DNA of 64,000 nucleotides from Mobula hypostoma (lineage: Eukaryota), in assembly GCF_963921235.1 (NCBI RefSeq), contig NC_086108.1, positions 5,270,001 to 5,334,000 of the forward strand, given 5' to 3'. Position 1 is the first letter of the stretch. Each line of letters starts with the position of its first letter. Positions 11,371 through 25,062 of this stretch are shown here, piece by piece. The notes beneath the pieces were generated by a model. It was not told where the DNA came from, did no database searches, and saw only the letters and a list, made by a program, of their open reading frames with translations. The position numbers and the translations under genes were made by a program.

Positions 11371-12164
11371 TAAGCAAAGGAAGGGTCAACATTTTGGGTT
11401 AAATTAGAACCCTGCATTACAGCCCTGCATGCAAGGTTTCAACTCAAAATATCAGCGGTCCCTACAGACGGTGCTCAGCCTACTGAGTGTCTCCGGCAGA
11501 TTGTGTGTTGCTTCAGATTCCAACGCCTGATATCTCAGCTGTCTGGTTGCATCACCATCTGGTATGGGGGCTCCAATGCATAGGAGGGAGAGACAGCAGA
11601 GGGTTGTAGAGTCAGCCAGCTCAGCTCCATCACGGACACAACCCTCCTCAGCATCGAGGTCACCTTCCCTGCCGAGGAAGGAGGTGTCGGAGTCGGCTGT
11701 GTGCCGCTCGGTTCCGTGCTGGGGTGGGGTCTGGCCCCTCCCGTCAGTGCTGCCCCCTGCTGTTTGCTCCTGGGAGGACAAGCTGGATTGCGTTCATCTG
11801 CAGATGTACTTGTGCAAGATGAGGAATTGCTGTGGGCTTGTCCTTGCAGAAACATGGCTCCAGGACAATATCCAGGTACCATTCCCTTATGACACTCAGG
11901 GACTTGGACTATATATTTCTAATATTATTATTATTTTTATATATCTTTCAAGCTGTTGTAATTATTTGTGTTGTGTGTGGCTGTGGGTACTGTGTTTTGC
12001 AGCTTGGTCTCAGAGAAATGCTGTTTGGCTGTATTCATGGTTGAATGAAAATTAAATTGGACCTGGAGAAGTAGATGCCTCAGGAAGGCAGCATCCATCA
12101 TTGAAGGCCGTCACCATGCAGGGCATGCCCTCCTCTCCTTGCTACCATAAAAAGAGGGGTGGTT

Positions 12165-12715
12165 ATTACTGGACCTGTACTTGTTAGAGTTCAGAAGAAT
12201 GTGGGGTGCTGGAGGAACTCAGCAGGCCAGGCGACATCTATGGAAAAGAGTACAGGCGACGTTTTGGGCTGAGACCCCGCTGAGTTCCTCCAGCCCTTTC
12301 AGTGTGGCTTGGATTTCCAGCATCTGCAGGTTTTCTCTTGTCTGAGATTGAGCGGAGACCTCACTGAATGTTGAAAGGCCTCACGAGAGTGGATGCAAAG
12401 AGGCTGTTTCCAGTAGTGGGGGAGTCCAGGACCAGTGGGCACAGTCTCAGAATAAAGGGACGCCCATTTGGAATGGATGTGAGGAGGATTTTCTTTAGCT
12501 GGAGAGTGGTGAGTCTGTGGAATTTGTTGCCACAGGTGGCTGCCGAGGACAGGTCATTAGGTGTATTTGAAGCAGGGGCTGATAGATTCTTGCTAAGTCA
12601 GGGTGTGAAGGGATATGGACAGAAGGCAGGAGACGGGGGCTGAAAGGGAAATGGATCGTCCATGATGAAATGGCAGAGCAGCTGCCTAATTCTGCTCCAA
12701 TGTCTCACGATCTTA
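12165..12715 (+). mobile_element. CR1 3' fragment containing a short fold-back PLE terminus (about 12207-12345)
   Basis: ORF 12368 MLKGLTRVDAKRLFP..SRTSGHSLRIKGRPF..FFSWRVVSLWNLLP (CR1 ORF2 C-terminus). Confidence 0.85.
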
Positions 12716-15700
12716 CGTTAAACAGGAAATGAGGTAACCGAGCTGTATACAGCAAGTTCACACCATGTACTAAGAGATGAACAATAACGTGGCCATGGTG
12801 TAGCTGATAGACCCGGTCACTCAGAAACCCAGTGACCCAGGCTCAGTCGTGACCTCCAGCGCTGTCTATGTGGAGTTTACACGCTCTGCCTGTGGATTTC
12901 TGCGTGCTCAGTTTCCTTCTGTATCCCAATGATGAGCAGGGTTGATGGGCTAATCAGCCAATGTAAATTGTCCCCAGTGTGTGTCTGAGGGGCGGAATCT
13001 GGGGAAGGAGAGGTTGTTTATCTACATTTATTTATTTGGAGTTACAGTGCAGAACAGGCCCTTTAGTTATTTATTTATCTGTCTATCTATATTTATTTAT
13101 TGGGGTACAGCTGAGAATAGACCCTTCCAGCCCTTCAACCTGCACTGGCAGCGGCCCACGCGCTCACGGGGAGAACGTACAAACTCCGTACGAGCAGCGG
13201 TGGGAATCGAACCCAGCTTGCTGGTGCCTAATACTGTAACACTAATCACTACAATACTATGCCGCAAACTGGGTGCAGGTGTCCCTGCTTTTTGTAAATC
13301 AGGTTAGGGCACGGCGATCTTTGCCCCGTGCCGTCCCGGGGTGGGGCCTCATTTACTCACTCACATTCCTGGGTGGTTTGGTAGCTGGGCAGGTGGGGGG
13401 AGGAGGTTAACCCAGACGAGGCATGTAAACTGATCTTTGGCCACACTGCTTTTGGCACAGGGCCCTTGGTGAGTTGGCATTCAGATGGTGTTGTGATCAA
13501 CCCCTCCCCCTCTTTAAAAAGAATTGTTAGTGGTTTCTATTTAAGAAAAAGTTCTGCCCTTCTATAAGACTGCTCACATCCAATTCAAGTTGAATTATCG
13601 TTCGACCATACAGCCGAATAAGACAGTGTACCTCTGGAGCCAAGGTGCAAAACATACACAGCGCATTCAAAATAGCGAGCACGCACACAGCCATGCAGAA
13701 AAAAACCACGTATATAACCCGAGTCCCTGAGTGACATGTCCCGCAAATTGACGGTGCAGTTCCTGGGAGTGTGCAAACATACGCACGCAATCCAGCCTGT
13801 CATTCCACCGACCGAACACCGGAGGGCAGCACCAACGGGAGCCGCCAGCCCCCAACTGAGAATGGACGCCACACTTAGCTGCCTCTGGCATCTCCACTCC
13901 TGGAGTACGGCTGCAGGCAAGCCTGTGGCTCGTGGCCTAGTCCTCGCCACGACCGAGGCCATGCAGCTCCCTCACTGTCTGTCGCGCCAAGGGAAACAGG
14001 CCTGCAGCATCTTGCATTATCGATGTCCAAAGAGAAACATCCAAGTCAACCACCCATGGTCACAATGCCTTCCCGCACCAACTCCCATGCCTTCAGTGCC
14101 ACCCAGCAACACGGTCTTTGCCCAGTCCAGCACCTCTGCCAATGAACAGCTCACGGGTGGCGTAGACCTGTAATACCCAAAGTTCTTGAAGTCCGGCGTT
14201 GTCTTGCAAGTGTGAAAAAGGCATTTAACAAAGAAGAAAGGGCCCCGAGAGGCTGCCCCATCCAAACGCACCACCATCTTACCAGAAGCTCTCTTCTCTG
14301 ATATCCCTCAATCCTCACAGCCGGCAAAGTACTTTGTTTGTTTATCTATGTATCTATTTATATATTTAGATTGATTCATTCATTTATTGAGATACAGCAT
14401 GGAATAGGCCCTTCCATCACTTTGAGACATGCTGCCCAGCGACCCCCCGATTTAATCTTGGCCTAATCACAGGACACTTTACATTGACCAACTAACCCAC
14501 CAAGCAGTACGTCTTTGGACTTTGGGAGGAAACCGGAGCACCCGGAGGAAACCCACGTGGTCATGGGGAGAACATACAAACTCCTTACAGGCAGCGACGG
14601 GAATTGAACCTGGGTCACTGGTACTGTAAAGTGTTAAATTAACCACTGTGCAACTCCGCTGCCCTGAAGTGAGGTCACATTTGTCACGTGTGAAGCATGT
14701 AGGCGGTTGTTGGGTAGCGGGGGGGTAGGGGGTGCAAATAACCCCAGCTGGTGAGGGACAACTGTAACGTTCAAGATGATTGTTGATATCTTCAAATTCT
14801 AGATTTGTATTTTTTTTTCAAGAATTGTCCCAAGTTAAGCAGCTGCCCCAGTTAACCGGAACCTACTGTAGTTAGGAACACAAGATATAGGAGCAGAATT
14901 AGGCTATTTGGCCCATCAAGTCTGCTCTGCCATTTCATAATGGCTGATCCATTTTCCCTTTCAGAAGCAATCTCCTGCCTTCTCCCCGTACCCTTCATCC
15001 TCTTACTAATCAAGAATCTGTCAACCTCTGCCTTAAATATACCCAATGACTTTGCCTCTACAACTGCCTGTGGCAACAAGTTCCACAGATTCACCACCCT
15101 CTGGCTAAAATGGTGGTTGATAGATTCCTGATTAGCCAGGGCGTGAAAGGTTTCGAGGAGAAGGTAGGGGGATGGGGTTAAGAGGGATAGTAAATCAGCC
15201 ATGATGGACCAAATGGCCTAATTCTGCTCCAGTCTAAACAGCCAATATTTTTGGGCCAAGACCCATCAATAGATGATTCCCCTCCATAGATGCTGCCTGA
15301 GCAACTTGTGTGTCATGCTTCAGATTTGTACAGAATTTCTTGTGTCATTTAAGCTAGCCAGCTCCTTAAAGCTGTGTAAACTGGTGCCTGAGTGCAGGAG
15401 GGAGCGACAGGCCACAAGAGGCTGCCGATGCATATCAGAATCAGATTTAGTATCACCGCTGTGTGTCGTGAATCATTGAGGGTGTGTCTTCAGGTTCCTG
15501 TACAGTCTCCAATCACCATCTGAAATTCTGCCAACAATAGTTGTATTGTCAGCTAATTCATAGATGACATTTGAGCCGTGCCTCGTCACACAGGCATGGG
15601 TCCAGAGGGAGAGCAGGACAGTGAAATCTGGAGCGACATGCAGTTTCCTGAAGGACCTCAGCAGGTCGAGCATCGTCTGTCAGGAGGGAAGGAATTGATG

Positions 15701-16225
15701 AGCATTTCGGGTTGAAACCCTACATCCTGACCAGGGGAACGGGAAGTAATGGGAATTTGGTGGGGAGGGGCGGAGGATGGGGAGAATGAGGTGGAATAAA
15801 ATGGGATCAGTGTAAGGGCAAAATGCTGGAGGAACTCAGCAGGTCAGGCAGCATCTGTGGAGGGGAATAAACAGTAAATGTTTCAGGCCGAGACCCTTCT
15901 TCAGGCTGGAAAGGAAGGGGGAAGATGCCAGGACCAGGACGAAGGGGGAGGGGAAGTACTGCAAGCTGGCAGGTGATAGGTGAGACCAGGTGATGAGATG
16001 GGAGGTAGATGCTCATTAGTCAGCATGGACTCGATGGGCCGAACAGCCTGTTTCTATTCTGAAAAAGTCTATAATCAACCTGATTCCATTCCCCGGCTGT
16101 CTAACATATCCAGAAAACTCCTGTACACCCACCTCGAGCAGTGAGTTCTAACCCAGCCACTTACTGAGTGAAATTGCATTTCTTTTCCTTGCCCTTTCTC
16201 AAACCCTTCTATGAGTTGACATACC

Positions 16226-16625
16226 ATTGATCCTAGATACTGACCCCTTTAACTTATTGACCCTAGATACTGACCCCTTTAACCCATTGACCTTGGATAT
16301 TGACCCCTTTAACCCACTGACCTTGGATACTGACCCCTTTAACCCATTGACCGTGGATACTGTCCCCTTTAATCTATTGACCCTGGATACTGATCCCTTT
16401 AACCCATTGACCCTGGTACTGACCCCTTTAACCCATTGACCCTGGATACCAATCCCTTTAACCCATTGACCCTGGATACCAACCCCTTTAACCCATTGAC
16501 TGTGGATACTGACCCCTTTAATCTATTGACCCTGGATACTGACCCCTTTAACCCATTGACCCTGGTACTGACCCCTTTAACCCATTGACCTTGGATACCA
16601 ACCCCTTTAATCCATTGACCTTGGA
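16226..16625. repeat. 30-bp minisatellite (CATTGACCYTGGATACTGACCCCTTTAACC), about 13 units
   Basis: Directly visible; ORF 16227 repeats LDTDPFNPLT. Confidence 0.95.
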
Positions 16626-18099
16626 AGTGACCACTTCCCAATCTGTACTGTCAGTGGAAGCTGCCATTGCACTTAAAAATGAAAGATAAGCTTGATAAGC
16701 TCTCCCTTATTAGGGAGAGAGAGAAAACCTGTGGTTTGTCTAACGCCGGGTGAGACACGAAGTCTTTGGGGTAACTGCAAGTCTGTGTCTTTGCTATTGC
16801 CGAGCTCACGCTTGTGCTCGGAGGTGGTGCTGATGCGTTTTTTTTTTGCCGGTGGGGGGAGGGGGGATTGTTGCTCGCTGCCGTTTACAGGTGGGAGAGG
16901 GGAGCTGGGGGAGGACTTTGGGGTTCTCACGTTTAACTGTCATTCATTCTTTGGGGCACTTCTCTGTTTTCGTGGATGTTTGCGAAGAAAAAGCATTTCA
17001 GGATGTATATTGTATGCATTTCTCTGACATTAAATTGGACCTTTGAAGGTTTGATTTGATAGTTGTGGAGGACAAGCCGCTGGAAATATTGAAAGCAGAG
17101 ATTGATAGGTTCTTGGTTAGTAAGAGCATCGAAGGTTACCGGGAAAAGGCAGGAGAATAGGGTTGAGAGAGTGGAAATATCGGCAATAATGGAGTGGCAG
17201 AGCAGACCGATGGGCCAAATGTTCTAAATCTGCTCCTGTAACTTGTGTCCTATGACTTGTCATGTGTACGTATGGTGTCATTCGTTGTTTGCGTCAACGG
17301 CCAGCACAATCCAAGGATTGCGCTAGGAGAAGCCCACAAGTGTCGCCATGATTTTGGCACCAACGTACCACACCCACAGCTTACTAACTCTAACCGGGAC
17401 GTCTTTGGACTGTGAGAGGAGACTGGAGCACCTGGAGGAAACTATGTAGTCACAGGGAGAACGTACAAACTCCTTACAGACAACAGTGGGAGAACGCGCA
17501 AAATGCTAACTACTACGCACCCCTCCAGACTGTTCTTCCCCCTCAAGAGACCCTTCTCATGTTTCATTCCTTCCTATGAAGGAGGCCATTTGGACCATCA
17601 GGTCTCTGCTAGCACTGACCAATCCGATCAATCCCTCCCCAGCTTACATTCCTGTACTGGGTGACGGAGCGGAGATACATCAAAGGAGTTTTAAGGCACT
17701 CCTTTCCTCCACTGGCTTGCAGGTCACCCTTGGGCGAGGTGTAGCACCTGCTTAGCCCCCGAGCAGAGTCATGTGAAACCATGGGAGCAGGTGGTGGATG
17801 GTCGTATGAGCAGCCGGTGCAGATCACAAGTCCTGGTTGTGTGACCACTGACACCAGGCAGACAATCTCTGAAGAGTATTGATAATGGCTGGGGTCACCC
17901 ATCTTGTAAAGACACTGCCCAGAAGAAGGCAATGGCAAATCACTTCTGCAGAAAAGTTTTGAAGAACAATCATGGTCATGGAAAGACTGTGATTGCCCAC
18001 GTCATACGACACGGTGTATGATGATGATGTCATACGACACGGCGTATAATGATGATGATAACATCCCTTCAACCTACTTGTCCAACGGCTCCACGACTA

Positions 18100-18560
18100 A
18101 TCACCGTCTGTTACGGTGGGGGTGGGGGGCAGCTACTGCACCGGATTGAAATGAGCTGCAGAGGGTTGTGAACTCAGTCAGCTCCAACATGGGCACTAGT
18201 CTCCCCAGCGCCCAGGGCATCTTCAAAGAGCAATGCCTCAAACAGACACCGTCTGTCATTACTGACCCCCATCACCCAGGACATGTCCTCTTCTCATCGT
18301 TACCATCAGGGAGGAGGTACAGGAGCCTGAAGACACACACTCAACGATTCAGGAACAGCTTCTTCCCCTCTGCCATCAGATTTCTGAATGGACATTGAAC
18401 CCATGAACACTACCTCACTACTTTTTATTTCTATTTTTGCACTAGTTATTTAATTTAACTATTTAATATATGCATACTTACTGAAAAAGTTACAGTTTCT
18501 TACTATTATTATGCATTGCAATGTACTGCTACCACAAAGACAACAAAGTTCATGGGATAC
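18100..18560 (+). mobile_element. Rex1/Babar-type LINE 3' end; similar copies 39340-39870(+), 40100-40510(-), 41040-41480(-), 45120-45810(-), 48600-49150(+), 56395-56810(+)
   Basis: DPHHPGHVLFSSLPSGRRYRSLKTHTQRFRNSFFPSAIRFLN, the typical Rex1 ORF end, followed by an AT-rich tail. Confidence 0.85.
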
Positions 18561-18718
18561 CCAGTGATTCTCCAGTAGGGAGTGTATACAGGGTGCACCG
18601 TGGCCGGGGAAGGGGGGGTGATTAGCCTTGTCTTTCGGAGGACCAACCAGGCAGTGAAGATTCCTCACGAGCTGGGAGGGTGCTGGCGAGATATTGCCGT
18701 GCCCTTGGATCGTTTTAA

Positions 18719-18928
<210 letters not shown>

Positions 18929-19188
18929 TGAGTCACAGCCGGAGAATGAACCCAGGCCAGCGAGCAGTCCACACTGCGTCAGTGTCAGAGCACACGCGGG
19001 AGCCACTTTCTCGAGCCCCTTCCCCCATCCGCTGCACGGGCAGAACCTCCCAGTGCCATCCGTTTCAGTTCAGCTTCCCAGTCCCATTCTCATAGATCGA
19101 TCCACAGTGTCCTCTACAGTCACGACGAGGCCACCCTCAGGGTGGAGGAGCAACAGCCCCTATTCACTCTGGGTAGCCTCCAACCTGA

Positions 19189-19788
<600 letters not shown>

Positions 19789-21296
19789 TAATGTTGTCAT
19801 GTGCACTGAGATACACTGAAAAGCTTTTGTTTGCCTGCTGTCCTGACTGATCATCAAAGGTTTCAGTATATCGAAGTAGTCACCTCTAGAGTACTGCACG
19901 GAAGTCTCAGGCACGTGCATAGCTAGAGTGCCCAAGACTTTTGCACAGTATGGTAGTAATTTAATGTACTGCACTGTACTGCTGCAAAAAAAAACAAACT
20001 TCGTGACAAATGTGAGTGATGATATACCTGATTCTGATCTGGGTCTCTATTGTGGACTTGGCCACACTCCCCCCTAATCAGGGTCACGTGAAGCCATGGG
20101 ATCAGGTGGTGGATGGTCGTATGAGCAGCTGGTGTGGATCACAAGTCCTGGTTATGTGACCACTGACCCCAGGCAGACAGTCTCTGAGGAGTATTGATAA
20201 TGGCTGGGGTCACCCGTCTTGTAAAGACACTGCCCAGAAGAAGGCAATGGCAAACCAGTTGTGTAGAAAAATTTGCCGAACAATCACGGTGGGGAGACCA
20301 TGATCACCCACGTCATACGACACGGCACACGATGATGATGTCATGCATAAATTATGAGGAGACTGGATAGGGTCAATGCAAGCAGGCGTTTTCCACTTAG
20401 GTTGAGTGAGATTAGAGGTCATGGGTTAAGGGTGAAAGGTGAAATATTTAAGGGGAACATGAGGGGAAACTTGATCAGTGGGGAACAAGCTACCTTCACA
20501 AGTGGCAGATTTGGATTTGATTTCAATGTTTAAGACAGATGGGAGGGGTATGGAAGGCTATGGTCCTGGTGTAGGTCCTTGGGATAGGCAGATTTATAGT
20601 TTAGCACAGACTAGATGGGCCAAAGGGCCTGTTTCTGTGCTGTAGGGCTCTACCACTCTACTTGGAAGGTTGTCAGTACTGTGCTCGAGGCCAGCCTGAG
20701 ACCAGTTTCCGGTTTATTGTCACCTACAGTACACATGTATACTGCCAAACGAAACAACGTTCCTCCAGACCAGGGTGCACAATACAGTACATATAACTCA
20801 CACACAACACATATTACCACAAATAAATTAACAAATAATTAGGTGCACCACACAGTACATATAACTCACATACAGTAATATGACCACAAATAAATTAACC
20901 CATAATAAGGTACATTTACAACACGTTAAAAAGTAAAGGGTATAACGCTGCTGGTGTTTCATGTGTGCTGAGACCTGAGTGATGGCAGGGAGTTCAGTCT
21001 CACAGCCTGGGGGAAGAAACTGTTTCCCATCCTAACAGTCCTTGTCCTGATGATACGGTACCTTCTGCCTGAGGTAGGGGGTCAAAGAGATTGTTGGATG
21101 GATGGGGAGGATTATTGACAAGGGCCCTGTGTACACAGTGCTCCTGATAAATATCTCTAATGGGTGGAAGAGAGACCCTGATGATCCTCCCAGCTGTCCT
21201 CACAATCGTTTGTAGGGACTTGTGGTCAGCTGCCCTGCAATTCCCACACCAGACAGTGATGCAGCTGGTCAGGACATCCTCGATGTGCTTCTGTGA

Positions 21297-21659
<363 letters not shown>

Positions 21660-22009
21660 TGAGCCGGGAGCAGGCACGGGGGTCCACACTCGCTCACCCT
21701 CCAACTCGGATAGACGGTGGGTGGTCCTGGAGGAGATAGCAACAGGCTCGATCGTGTGGAGGTGCTGAGGGGTTAACGCTGGCAGAGCAGAGAAAATGGG
21801 GCAATTAAGCAAAAAGGTAATTTGGCCACTCGGGGGAGATTTCAACAGGGCGTTCGACCTGGGACTTCCTGAGGGTTCTTAGCCCAGAACACCAGTCAGA
21901 ACTGAAGGATTCTTGATGGAACAGGGCTGGGGGGGGGGGGGTGAGTGGTGGCAGGGAGTTCAGTAATCTCATGCCCGACACCCCCAGGACCCTGCAGGGC
22001 TCTGAACAC

Positions 22010-22600
22010 CGGGGACACTGCATCTCTCGTTCCCCCCACCCCCACCCCCGGACGCTGCATCACTTGTTCTCCAAGAAAACTGCATCTCTCGTCCCCCCTC
22101 CCGGACACTGTATCCCCTCCCCCGGGACACTGCACACTGCATTCCCCCCCCGGACACTGTATCCCCTCCCGGACACTGTATCCCCTCCCCCAGGACACTG
22201 CACACTGCATTCCCCCCGGACACTGCATCCCCCACCCCGGACACTGCATCCCCCCCCACAGATACTGCACCTCCCCCTCTTCCCAAGACACTGCATTCCC
22301 CCCCCGGACACTGTATGCCCCCCCAGGACACTGCACACGGCATCCCCCCCCCCCGGACACTGCATCTCCCCCCCCCCCCGGAAACTGTATCCCCCCTCCC
22401 AGGACACTGCACACTGCATCCAACCCCCCCCGGACGCTGTATCCCCCCCCCGGACACTGCACACTGCATCCCCCCCCCCGGACACTGCACCCCCTCCCGG
22501 ACACTGCACCCCCCGGACACTGCACACCCCCTGGACAATGCATCCCCCACCCCGGACACTGCACACCCCCCCACCCCCGGTCACTGCACACCCCCCCAGC
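22010..22600. repeat. C-rich minisatellite (GGACACTGCA/GTATC(C)5-10), immediately upstream of exon 5
   Basis: More than 20 GGACACTG cores separated by C-runs. Confidence 0.95.
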
Positions 22601-22625
22601 TCTCCCTGTGGCCGTGCCCCCCCAG

Positions 22626-22866
22626 GAGCTGCGGAGCTGGGAGGAGGAGCTGTGCCGGGCGGCGGTTCAGCAGAGGAACCACGAGGAGCTGCTTCGCCGC
22701 CGGGAGCAGGAGCTGGCCGAGCGGGAGATCGACATCGTCGAGCGAGAGCTGAACATTATCATGCGGCAGCTGTACCAGGAGAAGCCCCGCGTCAAAAAGC
22801 GCAAAGGCAACTTCAAGAGGAGCCGCTTGAAACTGCGGGACGGGAACCGCATCAGCTTACCGTCAG
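22626..22866 (+). CDS. MAP3K10: MAP3K10 exon 5: leucine zipper, basic region, start of CRIB
   Basis: ccccag|...|gtgggt; [80 protein letters not shown]. Confidence 0.96.
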
Positions 22867-22974
22867 GTGGGTCCGCGACCTCGCCCATCCCCGTGCCTCA
22901 GCGAGCTACAACCGGCAATTCCGTCCTCAGTCCTGACCCGACCCTGCGCTGGAGGCAGCAACTGGCCCTTCACC

Positions 22975-24180
22975 CATCCCTACCCGTGCCGCGGGCTAGA
23001 ACAGGCCAATCGGCCCACAATCTCCATCCCTACCCATACCGCGGGCTAGAACAGGCCAATCGGCCCACAATCTCCATCCCCACCCGTGCCGTGGGCTAGA
23101 ACAGGCCAATCGGCCCACAATCTCCATCCCTACCCATACCGCGGGCTAGAACAGGCCAATCGACCCACAATCTCCATCCCTACCCATACCGCGGGCTAGA
23201 ACAGGCCAATCGGCCCACAATCTCCATCCCTACCCGTACCGTGGGCTAGAACAGGCCAATCGGCCCACAATCTCCATCCCTACCCATACCGCGGGCTAGA
23301 ACAGGCCAATCGGCCCACAATCTCCATCCCCACCCGTGCCGTGGGCTAGAACAGGCCAATCAGCCCACAATCTCCATCCCTACCCATACCGCGGGCTAGA
23401 ACAGGCCAATCGGCCCACAATCTCCATCCCTACCCATACCGCGGGCTAGAACAGGCCAATCGGCCCACAATCTCCATCCCTACCCGTACCGTGGGCTAGA
23501 ACAGGCCAATCGGCCCACAATCTCCATCCCCACCCGTACCGCGGGCTAGAACAGGCCAATCGGCCCACAATCTCCATCCCCACCCGTACCGCGGGCTAGA
23601 ACAGGCCAATCGGCCCACAATCTCCATCCCCACCCGTGCCGCGGGCTAGAACAGGCCAATCGGCCCACAATCTCCATCCCTACCCGTACCGTGGGCTAGA
23701 ACAGGCCAATCGGCCCACAATCTCCATCCCCACCCGTACCGCGGGCTAGAACAGGCCAATCGGCCCACAATCTCCATCCCCACCCGTACCGCGGCCTAGA
23801 ACAGGCCAATCGGCCCACAATCTCCATCCCCACCCTTGCCGCGGGCTAGAACAGGCCAATCGGCCCACAATCTCCATCCCTACCCGTGCCGCGGCCTAGA
23901 ACAGACCAATCGGCCCACAATCTCCATCCCTACCCGTGCCGCGGCCTAGAACAGGCCAATCGGCCCACAATCTCCATCCCTACCCGTGCCGCGGCCTAGA
24001 ACAGGCCAATTGGCCCACAATCTCCATCCCTACCCACACATTGCAGGTTAGAACAGTCCAATATGCCCACAATCTCTATCCCTACCCACACACTGCAGGT
24101 TAGGACAAGCCTTTCGTCCCATAATACTTGTCCCTACCCATCAGTGCAGGCAAGAACAAGCCAATCGGCCCACAATACTC
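22975..24180. repeat. 50-bp minisatellite (GCGGGCTAGAACAGGCCAATCGGCCCACAATCTCCATCCCTACCCRTACC), about 21 conserved plus 3 degenerate units
   Basis: Directly visible 50-bp period. Confidence 0.97.
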
Positions 24181-24927
24181 TACTGAAATAATTAACCAAG
24201 TAATTAACCAGTTAACTAAACTCATTTGTTCTGCGTAAGCCTTTTCCACTCCTGCGCTCACTGTGCAAGGTTTAAAGGGGGCCCTTGGTGGATGCCAGGG
24301 CGAATGAGTTCATCAGGCGAAGGGATCTATTTCAACAGAGCTTTTCCCATCCCTTTCCAGATCTTTTCCAGTGCCTCTCATGCCACTGAAATGTCTTACT
24401 GTCAGATTCAAAGCAGCCACCATGTGTACATGATGATCCCACAACCAGCAATGCCATGGGGGTGTCAGTCAAGGGATAAGCACTGAGCCCAGATCAGTGG
24501 GAGGGGGGGAGAATTGTCCCGCGGTCACATCTCCCCCTCTGGTTTTCAGACCAGGAAACTCTCCTGTCCCCCCCGTGTCAGTGTGCCCACTTCCTCAGCC
24601 CCTCTCCTGCGGTCCCGCCTGTGTTTGCGGCTCGAGTCCCAGGTCTGCGGAATTGAACCCACGACCTACAGAGGGCACTGGGCAGCAGGCTGAGCCTTTG
24701 CAGGTGTGTTTGTGCGGAGAATGATATTTCCTCGGTAGGAATGGACACAGTTAAATCCGAGTTTAATTATCAGGCAACCATACCCATGTATACAGCCCAA
24801 CGAAGCAATGTTCCTCTGGGGCCACGGTGCAAAACACAGCACCAACAGCACACAGCACATATGGTTATGCTATGATATAGTTGTGCTTTGTGGTTGTTAC
24901 TGAGGCTGATTTCTGCTTGTTCCAAAG

Positions 24928-25062
24928 GGTTTGAGCACAAGATCACGGTGCAGGCCTCTCCCACGGTGGACAAGAGGAAGGGGCAGGGGCAGGGACAGGG
25001 GCTCAGTGGTCTGAGTCCTCCTGGCAGCCCCCTCATCATCCCCAGACTCCGCGCCATTCGCC
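24928..25062 (+). CDS. MAP3K10: MAP3K10 exon 6: CRIB remainder
   Basis: tccaaag|...|gtaagt; [45 protein letters not shown]. Confidence 0.95.

Noticed and set aside
21896..23099. Long overlapping ORFs (231-384 aa) with PPGHC/VQCPGG repeats
   Set aside because: Products of the C-rich minisatellite; only 22626-22866 has splice sites and MLK homology.
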